From Candidatus Dadabacteria bacterium (lineage in GTDB: Bacteria; Desulfobacterota_D; UBA1144; Nemesobacterales; Nemesobacteraceae), in the NCBI GenBank assembly GCA_022827275.1, contig JAJDTG010000010.1:22968-86967 (forward strand): a DNA stretch of 64,000 bases, given 5' to 3'. The translations under genes were made by a program, and so were the position numbers. Position 1 is the first letter of the stretch. Each line of letters starts with the position of its first letter. The notes below the pieces were generated by a model. That model was not told where the DNA came from, did no database searches, and saw only the letters and a program-made list of their open reading frames with translations. Of this stretch, positions 8,309-17,720 are shown piece after piece.

Positions 8309-9691
8309 CTATGAGTTTCTTGTGCGAATCCACCGTCCCCAGCGACCTGGTTTTGTAGATACTATTAGACCACGCTCTTTCAAGACGGTTAAGTCTCTTT
8401 TTACTTGACGTTTACTTACATATGGAGGCATCTGTGCGTGAATGTCGCTTAGGGTAAGTCCACCGGCTTGGCGGTCGATCAAAAAGATAATTACTTCCTG
8501 CCGTTCAATCGAATCAATTAAGTTGCGTCGGAAACATACTGTTACCTCTCTTCCATTATCCTCAATCTCGGGGCGCGGAAGACGCGCGGACTCCATTGTC
8601 TTCGCCATCTTGATAGTTCCTGTTCCCCACTTCTCGATAATTCCTCGACGGTAGAACGTACTGGCGATCAGAGGATTCCACGGCTGGGATTGGTGTGATG
8701 TGAACAGTTTCTCAGCAGTCAGTCCGAAATGCAGCGGACCTGGAGAGACCACCTCCATACGGTCATCATAGACTGCCAGGTCCACGGAACTGCCAGCAAT
8801 GATGTAGTCACGATGACATAACGCGTTTATAATCGCTTCCCGTGTTGCTTCGTGTGGGTAGAGCGGTTCATCGATCCGCGCGAAGCGACCCGGTTCAAAC
8901 CGTCCGGCGATGGGCAGGGTCTCGCGCAGGAATCGTTCCGCATCCTCGAGAAGCTTGAAAGCGTTGCCCTTGAACTGCCGATTGTCCAGAAACTCCATTT
9001 TATCAAAACCTCGGAAGCGGGCGACGCACAGCAGGCACTGCGGCATTCTGCGGGCGATGAGTTCCTCCTTGCCGAACAGCACGACCGCCGCCTGAAGCAG
9101 TTCGTCGTCTTGTCCAAGAAGTTCCAGACCGCGCAGCAAATCAGTCAATTCCATGCTTACAGGGGCTTTCAGGCGTTTTTGCCTGAATGCCTCCTGCACC
9201 GTGATCCGAATCTCGTCCGCGTCAAGATCTTCAATCGACCACTCCTCTGCGGGCAGCTTTTCCCATCGATATTTTTCGTGCACTTCCTCGATAAGCATCT
9301 GCGTGACATCCCAGCGCGACATTTCTACAGTGGTGTTTCCGATCCTGCGATACTCTTTGCGTTTGTAAGCATACGGCTTGGAATTGCCGGGTTTCACGCT
9401 TATTACCACAACTTCGCGGTCTCCTTTTACGCGTACCCGCTCAATTGATGGAAAAACCTGAGATTCAATGTTTCGGATCTCGGAGCTTAATTGCTCAATA
9501 GTCCGGTCAGACACCTGCTGGCCTTCTATTCTTCCTTCCGGAGACACGCCGAACAGCACGTGCCCGCCGCGTTGATTGAGCATGGCGCACACGGTTTTCA
9601 TCGCATCACTGCGCCTTCCTGTAGAGAGCTTGAACTCAAGCGTTTCGGATTCACCTTTTGCTACCAGAGCTTTTATTTGTTCAGGAGTCAT
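8309..9691 (-). CDS. AlbA_2 (Schlafen-like DNA-binding) + HATPase_c_4 / RecG-C-terminal-like wHTH protein; putative ATP-dependent regulator
   Basis: 460-aa; N-terminus MTPEQIKALVAKGESETLEFK...GGHVLFGV typical of AlbA_2 'divergent AAA/ATP-binding' family. Confidence 0.65.
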   Translation of the reverse strand: MTPEQIKALVAKGESETLEFKLSTGRRSDAMKTVCAMLNQRGGHVLFGVSPEGRIEGQQVSDRTIEQLSSEIRNIESQVFPSIERVRVKGDREVVVISVKPGNSKPYAYKRKEYRRIGNTTVEMSRWDVTQMLIEEVHEKYRWEKLPAEEWSIEDLDADEIRITVQEAFRQKRLKAPVSMELTDLLRGLELLGQDDELLQAAVVLFGKEELIARRMPQCLLCVARFRGFDKMEFLDNRQFKGNAFKLLEDAERFLRETLPIAGRFEPGRFARIDEPLYPHEATREAIINALCHRDYIIAGSSVDLAVYDDRMEVVSPGPLHFGLTAEKLFTSHQSQPWNPLIASTFYRRGIIEKWGTGTIKMAKTMESARLPRPEIEDNGREVTVCFRRNLIDSIERQEVIIFLIDRQAGGLTLSDIHAQMPPYVSKRQVKRDLTVLKERGLIVSTKPGRWGRWIRTRNS

Positions 9692-9831
9692 GAAATTATC
9701 TCTATTGCGTGCATTCTCGGGTTCAGTATGTTTGCAATCCTTCGTGGTTTTATTGCAAACATAAAGGGAAAGACGATTTGTTCAGATGAAATATCGTTTT
9801 TATAGAGGTTGTTCGGTCTTTCTTGACGTTT

Positions 9832-10287
9832 TCAGATATTGAGAAACTCGACGGATTCCATGCTTTCCTTTTTCCCTCGGTCGAATCTTTCGATTATCTC
9901 GCCGTTTTCTATGTCAAAGATGAAGCAGGATATACCAGAGAGTATTTCCATGTTGAACTCCAGGAAATTGTTGACGTATATCTTGGAATCTTCAATGATT
10001 TCCTTTTTGTCGGCCTTGTCCGGTTTTCTCACCAAAATGAAATACGCGCACAGAAAATCCGGGAGGTCAGAGTTATGGGCGAATACGGCTTTTGAATCGT
10101 ATTTCAGTATTACGTTATTGTTAAAATAGCGCTGATATCCGGCGATTAGCGGCTGGTTCAGATGAGACAGGGCGTAAACGATCGCGCAGGCGATTCTGCT
10201 CTGGTTCTCAATCATGAAATCAAGCGCTTCCTTGTTGAAGCGTTCAAGTGTTTTTTCCGGTTTTTCCTTGTCTCGTGGTTCTCGCAT
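9832..10287 (-). CDS. hypothetical protein (AT-rich orphan ORF)
   Basis: 151-aa ORF, RBS aggagg upstream, markedly lower GC than neighbours; no recognisable motifs. Confidence 0.4.
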   Translation of the reverse strand: MREPRDKEKPEKTLERFNKEALDFMIENQSRIACAIVYALSHLNQPLIAGYQRYFNNNVILKYDSKAVFAHNSDLPDFLCAYFILVRKPDKADKKEIIEDSKIYVNNFLEFNMEILSGISCFIFDIENGEIIERFDRGKKESMESVEFLNI

Positions 10288-10387
10288 TTCTTCCTCCTTC
10301 AGTGGTTCCCGCTTACCGGTCTTTTTTTAAGTGCCGGTGTAATATACCATAAACCTTAAAGCGGGGGCAGAAGTGCCGTTATGTTCT

Positions 10388-11944
10388 CTATGAAGCATAC
10401 GCCGTTGCCCTGCTTTCCCTGATGACCATAATTTTTATCTGTCCCGGATAAACGACCTCTTCTTCTATCTTCTTGGCTATCTCATGCGAGAGGATGGCTC
10501 CCTCCTCGTCGCTTACCTGGTCGCTTTCCACTATCACCCTTACCTCTCTTCCTGCCTGGATCGCGTAACATCTCTCAACGCCCGGGAAAGAACTCGCCAC
10601 GCCTTCTATACTCTCGATTCTTTTCACGTAGTTTTCGTATGTTTCCCTCCGGGCTCCTGGACGGGCGGCGGAAATGGCGTCGGCTGCCTGTACGAGAAGC
10701 GGCAGGACTCCCTGGGGTTGGGGATCATGGGTTTTTTCAAGCGCGTCGATGATTTCGGGGGGTTCGCCATATTTTTTGACGATGTTTGTCCCTATATCCA
10801 CATGGGAGCCTTCAACCTCGTGATCCACCGCTTTTCCTATGTCGTGGAGCAGACCGGCCCTTTTGGCAAGTTTCTCGTTGTATCCAATTTCGGAAGCGAG
10901 CATTCCGCAGATGAAGCCTACTTCAATTGAGTGATTGAGTATGTTCTGCGAATAGCTCGTTCTGTATTTAAGCATCCCAAGTTTGTTTATCAGTTCCGGG
11001 TGCATACCGCTTATGCCGAGATCAAAAAGCGCCTGCTCCCCTTCTTTCTGTATTTCTCTTTCTATTTCCTTTTCAACCTCGGTCACCACTTCTTCGATTC
11101 TTGCGGGGTGAATTCTCCCGTCCGCTATCAGCCGCTCAAGCGAAATTTTCGCTACTTCCCGCCTGATGGGATTAAAGCACGAAATCACGACCGTCTCGGG
11201 CGTGTCGTCGATAATTATGTCTACCCCGGTACGAAGTTCTATGGAACGGATGTTCCGTCCTTCGCGCCCGATAATTCTTCCCTTCACATCGTCGCTCGGA
11301 AGATTGACGACCGACACAGTTTTCTCGCTCGTGTAGCTTCCGGAATATCTCTGGATGGCAAGGGATATTATGTCCTTCGCCTTCCGCTCGGCCGAGGAAT
11401 TGCACTCTTCTTCTATCTGCTTGAGTCTTTTCGCTGCTTCGAGTCTTGCCTCGTCCTCAACCAGACTTACGAGTTCGGTCTTCGCTGTCTCGCGGGTAAA
11501 ACCTGATACCTCTTCTATTTTTCCCTTTATCTCTTCGATGTTCTCATCAAGAATTCTCTGCTTTTCCTCGAGGGCTAGGTTCTTGCTCTCTAGTTCCGCC
11601 TGCACTTTCTCTAGTTCCGTCTTCTTTCTGTTAATTTCCTCGTATTCTTTGCCAAGTTTCTCTTCCCTTGTCTTTAACTTTTTTTCAGTAGCGGAAAACT
11701 CCTTGCGCTTTTCGCTTGACATTCTCTGCATCTGAGAGTTTTTGTCCTTGACGAGTTTTTTTGCTCTGTTGTCCGCCCTGTTCTTTATCTCTTCCGCCTG
11801 TTTCTCCGCTCCTTCGATTATGCTCTGTGCCTGCTCTTGGCTTTTGCTGATTCTGTTTTTCTCCATGATCATCTTGTAAACCAGATGGGCAGCGAACCCA
11901 AGTCCGAAGAGCAGCAAGAACACTAATATTGATTGTGCTTGCAT
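10388..11944 (-). CDS. rny: ribonuclease Y
   Basis: N-terminal TM helix, long coiled-coil, KH domain (GREGRNIRSIE), HD domain (LLHDIGKA). Confidence 0.9.
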   Translation of the reverse strand: MQAQSILVFLLLFGLGFAAHLVYKMIMEKNRISKSQEQAQSIIEGAEKQAEEIKNRADNRAKKLVKDKNSQMQRMSSEKRKEFSATEKKLKTREEKLGKEYEEINRKKTELEKVQAELESKNLALEEKQRILDENIEEIKGKIEEVSGFTRETAKTELVSLVEDEARLEAAKRLKQIEEECNSSAERKAKDIISLAIQRYSGSYTSEKTVSVVNLPSDDVKGRIIGREGRNIRSIELRTGVDIIIDDTPETVVISCFNPIRREVAKISLERLIADGRIHPARIEEVVTEVEKEIEREIQKEGEQALFDLGISGMHPELINKLGMLKYRTSYSQNILNHSIEVGFICGMLASEIGYNEKLAKRAGLLHDIGKAVDHEVEGSHVDIGTNIVKKYGEPPEIIDALEKTHDPQPQGVLPLLVQAADAISAARPGARRETYENYVKRIESIEGVASSFPGVERCYAIQAGREVRVIVESDQVSDEEGAILSHEIAKKIEEEVVYPGQIKIMVIRESRATAYAS

Positions 11945-11945
11945 T

Positions 11946-12503
11946 TCAGTCTCCTTCTTTTTCCAGACAGTCGATGATTCCGTCTTCCGTGACTATGCGG
12001 CCCGTCCTGACATCGGTTTCATGCGAAGGGATGCTCTCAAGCACTTGGAACCGGTAGGCCAGTCCGAAGCGGGTCTGTCTGGGTATATCTTTTAAAAACC
12101 TGTCGTAAAAACCTTTTCCGTATCCGATTCTGTTTCCAGAGAGATCAAAAGCCACCCCCGGTACCAGTATGAGGTCAAGCTCGTCATCGCGGGCGCGTTC
12201 GGCGTCTGCTGGGGGTTCTGGGATGGAAAAGCCCCCGGGGGTGAGTTCCTCAATATCTCTTGTTCTCAGGAAAACAAGATCGGAGCCTAGGGTTTTTGGA
12301 AAAAAAACCTTTTTTTCAAGATCAACGCATTTCTTGAATATTTCGCGGGTGTCGACTTCGCCGTTTGCGGGAAAATAAAGAGCTACACTGGATGCATCGG
12401 AAAAAACTTTCTCGGAAAGAAGAATCTTGAGAATCAGGGCGGATTTTTCCCGGCACAGAGATTTCGGAAGATTCCTTCTCTTCTCGAGAAGACTTCTTCT
12501 CAG
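11946..12503 (-). CDS. ygfA: 5-formyltetrahydrofolate cyclo-ligase
   Basis: LVPGVAFDLSGNRIGYGKGFYDRFL signature; ORF-track start 12761 overlaps zapA and is unlikely; candidate CTG start 12503 with GAGGAG 9 nt upstream; start uncertain. Confidence 0.7.
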   Translation of the reverse strand: MRRSLLEKRRNLPKSLCREKSALILKILLSEKVFSDASSVALYFPANGEVDTREIFKKCVDLEKKVFFPKTLGSDLVFLRTRDIEELTPGGFSIPEPPADAERARDDELDLILVPGVAFDLSGNRIGYGKGFYDRFLKDIPRQTRFGLAYRFQVLESIPSHETDVRTGRIVTEDGIIDCLEKEGD

Positions 12504-12582
12504 TCTGTTTTTCTCCTCAATAACGGGGTCTTGCGGTTTGGTTTCCCTGGAACCGTTTACACATGTGGAACCGGAGCGGGTC

Positions 12583-12930
12583 TCAGAAGCTGTTTCCTCT
12601 TGATTTGAAAGGGTCTTCGGGGCTTTCTTCAATAAGGACGGGTTCTTTTTGGCTTCCGGGTGATTCGAGCAGTCCGACCAATTCTTCTGTTTTTCTTTCC
12701 GCGTTTCTCTTGAACTCATCAAATTCCCTCTGCAGTGCGAAGAACTCATCGACGATCTCAAGAGAAGCCAGAAAAACGGGAGTAGGGACAGTTATAGGTG
12801 TGTTGTCTTCATCTGCCCCGGTAATTTTTTGTTCAAGATAATTTACAATTTTCATAAGGTAACTTTTTTCAGCGTCCGTGAGGACTGAATATTCCTTGCC
12901 AAAGAAAACTACTTTTATCTTGTCTTTCAT
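12583..12930 (-). CDS. zapA: cell division protein ZapA
   Basis: 115-aa; KVVFFGKEYSVLTD N-terminus and C-terminal coiled coil typical of ZapA. Confidence 0.7.
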   Translation of the reverse strand: MKDKIKVVFFGKEYSVLTDAEKSYLMKIVNYLEQKITGADEDNTPITVPTPVFLASLEIVDEFFALQREFDEFKRNAERKTEELVGLLESPGSQKEPVLIEESPEDPFKSRGNSF

Positions 12931-13136
12931 ACCGATTCTTCGCCAAGGTGCTGTTCAATTACCCTTATCATGTTGTCGACGCGTGTTCTTAGGTGCTCTT
13001 TTTCGGCTTCAAGCGAAGCGACATTCTCTCTGAGCACCTTAATTTCTTCAAGCAATCTGGTGTGTTCTTCAGCAGTCCTGGCGTTTTTATCTGCAAACTC
13101 TCTGATTTTTCTCTCAAGAATCTCCAATGATTCCAT
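12927..13136 (-). CDS. ZapB-like coiled-coil cell-division protein
   Basis: About 70-aa all-coiled-coil (MESLEILERKIREF...LEAEKEHLRTRVD); start taken at internal ATG 13136. Confidence 0.5.
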   Translation of the reverse strand: MESLEILERKIREFADKNARTAEEHTRLLEEIKVLRENVASLEAEKEHLRTRVDNMIRVIEQHLGEESV

Positions 13137-13257
13137 AATGAAAATAAATTGTATCACTATGGTGACATTATTACAAGAATCGCGCCCCAAGCGTGTTTAC
13201 CAGGCCCGCAGAGAGAATTTTTTACGTTTTTGGGACTTTTTGTCTATAATTTCTGCC

Positions 13258-14346
13258 ATGCAGACAAATCCTGTTGAAAATAAGAATCTGTTTGAGAAAC
13301 TTGAGGAACTTGAGCGGAGGTTTGTTGAGCTTGAGGGGGCGCTCGGTGATCCTGACATTTCCGCTCAGCAGAGAATCAAGTGTTCAAAGGAGCGTGCGGA
13401 GCTTGAGGACGTGGTATCTGTCTACGCGCGGCTAAAGGAAGTTCTGGAGACTGCCGAGGAGAACCGCAAGTTGCTCGATGACAGTGAGCTTGCGCCTCTT
13501 GCACGCGAAGAACTCGAAGAACTCTCAGAGGAGAAAAGCGAGCTTGAAGAGAGGCTGAAAAAGCTTCTTTTGCCTAAAGATCCGAATCTCGGGAAAAACG
13601 TGTTCCTTGAGATAAGGGCCGGGGCTGGAGGGGATGAGGCCGCGCTCTTTGCGGCTGACCTTCTCAGGATGTATTCGAGGTACTGCGAGAACCACCGCTG
13701 GAAAGTTGAAACCATAACGCTTAACGAAACCGGGATCGGGGGGATAAAGGAACTTGTGGTAAAGATCGAAGGGCGGGATGTTTACGGTAAGCTCAGGTAT
13801 GAAAGCGGGGTCCACAGGGTGCAGAGGATACCCTCGACGGAGGCCGGTGGCAGAATACACACATCAACGGCGACCGTCGCCGTGCTTCCGGAGGCCGACG
13901 AGGTTGACGTGGATGTGGACGAGAAGGAACTCAAGGTAGATACTTTCAGGTCTTCGGGGCCGGGGGGTCAGCACGTTAACAAGACGGATTCCGCAATAAG
14001 GATAACCCATCTCCCGACGGGAATCGTTGTGCAGTGCCAGGACGATCGCTCGCAGCAGAAAAACAGGGTTCATGCCATGAGCATGCTGCGCGCGAAGCTT
14101 TACGAGATGGAAGAGCGTAAACGCGCAAGCGAGATCTCGCGCACAAGAAAAACCCAGGTCGGAAGCGGGGACAGAAGTGAGAAGATAAGGACCTACAACT
14201 TTCCTCAAGGGAGAATAACCGACCACAGGATAGGTTTCACTCTCCATAAGATGGAATCGGTGCTTGGAGGAGATCTTGATCCTCTTCTGGAACCTCTCGC
14301 GGCTCATTTTCAGGCTGAAAGTCTCAAGAATCTGTCAGAGGTTTGA
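13258..14346 (+). CDS. prfA: peptide chain release factor 1
   Basis: GGQHVNKTDSAIRITHLPTGIVVQCQ and PST tripeptide (RF1-specific); start MQTNPV at 13258. Confidence 0.9.
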   Translation: MQTNPVENKNLFEKLEELERRFVELEGALGDPDISAQQRIKCSKERAELEDVVSVYARLKEVLETAEENRKLLDDSELAPLAREELEELSEEKSELEERLKKLLLPKDPNLGKNVFLEIRAGAGGDEAALFAADLLRMYSRYCENHRWKVETITLNETGIGGIKELVVKIEGRDVYGKLRYESGVHRVQRIPSTEAGGRIHTSTATVAVLPEADEVDVDVDEKELKVDTFRSSGPGGQHVNKTDSAIRITHLPTGIVVQCQDDRSQQKNRVHAMSMLRAKLYEMEERKRASEISRTRKTQVGSGDRSEKIRTYNFPQGRITDHRIGFTLHKMESVLGGDLDPLLEPLAAHFQAESLKNLSEV

Positions 14347-14396
14347 CACTTTTCCCGATTTGTATTTGCCGGGCCAGGCAATAGACTATAGTTTCA

Positions 14397-15200
14397 ATGA
14401 ATGTCATATACTTAATTTCCGCCCTTTACTTAATTTCTTCTCTTCTTTACGGTACTTACCTCTGGTCGCAGAAAAGAAAAATCTCCCGGGCGGGTGTTTA
14501 TTTCGCCGTTGCGGGAGTGCTTACTCATACCGCGCTACTCGTTGTTTTCCTCATGCGTGGCGACGTACTGGGCGGAAGCACTTCAAGGCCCCTTTTTATT
14601 TTCTCGTGGCTTATAACGCTTGTCTTTTTAGTTTCGCAACTGAGGTTCAAGACCCCTGTGCTCGGTGCGTTTGTGCTCCCCGTAGCTTTTCTCGGAACCT
14701 TGCCCTACGTGATCATTCCGGACGGGATGATTACTCAGGACCCGACGCTTGGAAACCCATGGGTGCTGGTGCACATACTGTCCATTTTCCTTGGAGAGGC
14801 ATTCTTCGCGATATCGTTTCTAGCGGGTGCAATCTACATATTCCAGGAAAATCAGCTGAAATCGAAAAAAATCGGAAGCAACCTAAAAAAACTTCCTTCC
14901 CTGATAACGCTTGACAAGATAAACCACTTGAGTCTCCTGCTTGGATTCCCGCTTCTCACCGTTAGTCTCGTGATCGGTTTCATACTGGCAAGAGAGATAT
15001 GGAGCGAGGGATGGATCTGGGGAGCCAAGGAAACGTGGTCTACCGTTACGTGGCTTCTCTACGCTTTTTTGATAAACGGACGTCTTTCCCTTGGATGGAG
15101 GGGCAGGAGGGCGGCGCTGGGAGCCGTGATTGGGTTCTGCATTGTGGTGGCGACGTTCGTTGTGGGATATATATTCCCGGGGCAGCACAGATTTGAGTGA
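14397..15200 (+). CDS. cytochrome c assembly protein family (CcsA/HemX-like) inner membrane protein
   Basis: 8 predicted TM helices; Trp-rich motif WSEGWIWGAKETWSTVTW typical of CcsA/CcmC/HemX. Confidence 0.6.
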   Translation: MNVIYLISALYLISSLLYGTYLWSQKRKISRAGVYFAVAGVLTHTALLVVFLMRGDVLGGSTSRPLFIFSWLITLVFLVSQLRFKTPVLGAFVLPVAFLGTLPYVIIPDGMITQDPTLGNPWVLVHILSIFLGEAFFAISFLAGAIYIFQENQLKSKKIGSNLKKLPSLITLDKINHLSLLLGFPLLTVSLVIGFILAREIWSEGWIWGAKETWSTVTWLLYAFLINGRLSLGWRGRRAALGAVIGFCIVVATFVVGYIFPGQHRFE

Positions 15201-15304
15201 TGTTGCCTGCTGTTTATCGTGGCGGCGGTTTACAAAAATTCGGGAATATACGTTATAATATAGGTTCCAAATTACGGCAAAAAACTGTTTTAAGGAGGAT
15301 TGCG

Positions 15305-15508
15305 ATGGCTGTAGCTAGAGTAACAGAAGTGATAGGATCATCCGAGAAGTCATGGGATGATGCTGTGCAGGAGGCTCTTGACAGGGCGAACAAGACGATA
15401 AGGGGTCTTACCGGAATCGAGGTAACGAAAATGAACGCCCACATAGAGGACGGAGAGATTACCGAGTACCGCTCCCATGTCAGGATCACCTTCATTCTGG
15501 AGGATTAA
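15305..15508 (+). CDS. dodecin-family flavin-binding protein
   Basis: 67-aa MAVARVTEVIGSSEKSWDDAVQEAL... matches dodecin family. Confidence 0.7.
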   Translation: MAVARVTEVIGSSEKSWDDAVQEALDRANKTIRGLTGIEVTKMNAHIEDGEITEYRSHVRITFILED

Positions 15509-15547
15509 CATCTCCTTACGGAATATTTTCCCAAAACTGAAAACGAC

Positions 15548-16426
15548 GTGATGAACTGCTTTGTAAAATCACACGGGTTGGGAAATGACTATATTGTCTT
15601 AGACAGTGCCGAAATAGATTTTGATCTTGGCAAATCCGCCATAGAACTCATATGCCACAGGAACTACGGCATAGGTTCCGACGGCATACTGCTTCTGGTT
15701 CCCCCTGCAAGGGGGGACTTCGGTCTCAAAATTCTTAATCCTGACGGAAGCGAGGCGGAGAAAAGCGGGAACGGTCTGAGGATTTTCGCCAAGTACCTCT
15801 ATGAAAGAAAGAACGCATCGAGCAAGACTTTTTCCATAGATACTCCCGGCGGTCTTGTTACTGCCGAAGTTGAGGAAGAAGACGGGAAAGTCCACCACGT
15901 CACGGTGGAAATGGGCACGGCGACTTTCAGGTCGGATGAGATACCGGTAGATATAGAAAATGAAGAAGCGGTGGCGCAGCGTCTGGTTCTAGGCGCATCG
16001 GAATTTGATTTTACTGCCGTTTCGGTGGGGAATCCCCACTGTGTTATTTTCTCCGAAGAGCTAAGAGAAGATCTCATAAGAGAACTCGGACCCGAGATAG
16101 AAAACCACCCCGTCTTCCCGAACAGAACTAATGTTCAGTTCGCCCAGGTGATCTCTCGCGCGAGCGTTCGTATTTTGATCTGGGAGAGAGGGGCCGGCTA
16201 TACTCTTGCCTCGGGCAGCAGTTCCTGCGCGGTCGCCGCCGCGTGTGTGAAGTCCGGTTTTACGGACCGGAAGCTCAGGGTACTGATGCCTGGAGGTCAT
16301 CTCGACATAAATGTCGGGGAGGACTGGGCGATTACTATGCGCGGCGAGGTGGAAGAAGTCTTTTCGGGAATATTAAGCGACGGTCTTCTTCACAAACTAA
16401 GAAATCCTTCCACTATAAGCTTATAG
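15548..16426 (+). CDS. dapF: diaminopimelate epimerase
   Basis: FVKSHGLGNDYIVLD and GNPHCVIF active-site Cys motifs. Confidence 0.9.
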   Translation: MMNCFVKSHGLGNDYIVLDSAEIDFDLGKSAIELICHRNYGIGSDGILLLVPPARGDFGLKILNPDGSEAEKSGNGLRIFAKYLYERKNASSKTFSIDTPGGLVTAEVEEEDGKVHHVTVEMGTATFRSDEIPVDIENEEAVAQRLVLGASEFDFTAVSVGNPHCVIFSEELREDLIRELGPEIENHPVFPNRTNVQFAQVISRASVRILIWERGAGYTLASGSSSCAVAAACVKSGFTDRKLRVLMPGGHLDINVGEDWAITMRGEVEEVFSGILSDGLLHKLRNPSTISL

Positions 16427-16447
16427 AGCGACCGATTCGTTTTTTCA

Positions 16448-17703
16448 TGGAAAGACTGATTTTAAAGGCGGATGCGGTGATTCCGGTAAGTTCTGAGCCG
16501 ATTCACGATGGAGCCGTCGTGGTGGACGGCGGACGTATCGTTGACATCGGAACATCAGATAGAATCGAGAACGACTATTCAGGCTTACAGAAAGTAAGAA
16601 AGCCCAACTCAATAATACTACCCGGGTTCATAAACGCCCACACTCATCTTGAGCTCAGTTGGACAAAAGGGAAGATTAGGGGTTTCGAAGACTTTACCGG
16701 ATGGCTTGAAGGGCTGATCACTCTTAAGGCCGGCGGGGTTGATCAAGATATTGTGGAGGATTCAATGAGGATGGGGATTCGCAACGTCATCGAAAGCGGA
16801 GTCACTACAGTCGGGGAGATATCCTCCTTGGATTTCGGCGGGAGGGAGACGCTTAGAAGCTCGGGGATGAGAATTATCGCGTTTCTTGAACTTTTTGACC
16901 GCATTTCACCAAGACTTTCCTCGCTTGAATTTCAAAGCGAAGATCTCTATGAGGAAAGACCCTTCCCGCACGCGCCTTATTCCTGCGGTCCGGATCTTCT
17001 GGAGGCGGTTTTTACTTGCGCGCACGAAAACGCGATTCCTACGGGAATCCATCTGGGCGAGAGCCCTGATGAAGTCAGGTTTCTTAAGAACCTGCCCAAT
17101 GAATTTGAACGGAAAATTTTCCCGCTCATAAAAAAGGAAATCTTCAAGAGGCCGCGGGCCGAGACTCCTACGCGCTACATAACCGGATTTCTTCGCGGAA
17201 AAGACGTAAAACTCTCCGCAGTTCACATGGTCCAGGTGGTGGATGAAGACATGGAGATAATCCGAAGCGCCGATATCGGTATTGTTCTCTGCCCCAGAAG
17301 CAATGTTTTTCTGAAGGTGGGCAAGCCGAACCTGCGCCGGATGCTTGATCATGAAAGAGTAGGGCTCGGAACCGACGGACTTTCGAGCAACCCGGACCTT
17401 GATTTCTTCCGGGAAATAAGATTCCTGCATGACATTATGGTTGAGCAGGGAATACGGCAAAGCGCCCGTCTGGCGGTCCATTTCGCGACTCTGGGAGGAG
17501 CAAGAGCTCTTTTTATCGAGGAGAGGACGGGGAGTCTTGAGATCGGAAAAAGCGCCGACATCATATGCATTTGCTGCAAAGGGGGAATTACCCCCGATCC
17601 CTATTCCTGCATAGTGTCTTCAAAACCGGAGGATCTCCAGTTTTCAATGGTAGGAGGGAATTTTATCTACCGAAAAGATTCTTGTGCTCCTTGTGAGCAT
17701 TAG
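16448..17703 (+). CDS. amidohydrolase-family deaminase (MTA/SAH deaminase-like; possible aminodeoxyfutalosine deaminase)
   Basis: PGFINAHTHLELS metal-binding motif; adjacent to mqn genes. Confidence 0.65.
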
Positions 17704-17720
17704 TTTCCTCAGTATCCGCG

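Noticed and set aside
12503-12583. 6S RNA (ssrS) expected between zapA and ygfA by analogy with E. coli
   Set aside because: The gap between the zapA stop and the plausible ygfA start is only about 60-80 nt, far too short for a ~180-nt 6S RNA.
16886-17614. Several ORFs on both strands within the amidohydrolase gene
   Set aside because: They are internal to a conserved metal-dependent hydrolase, and no motifs were recognised.
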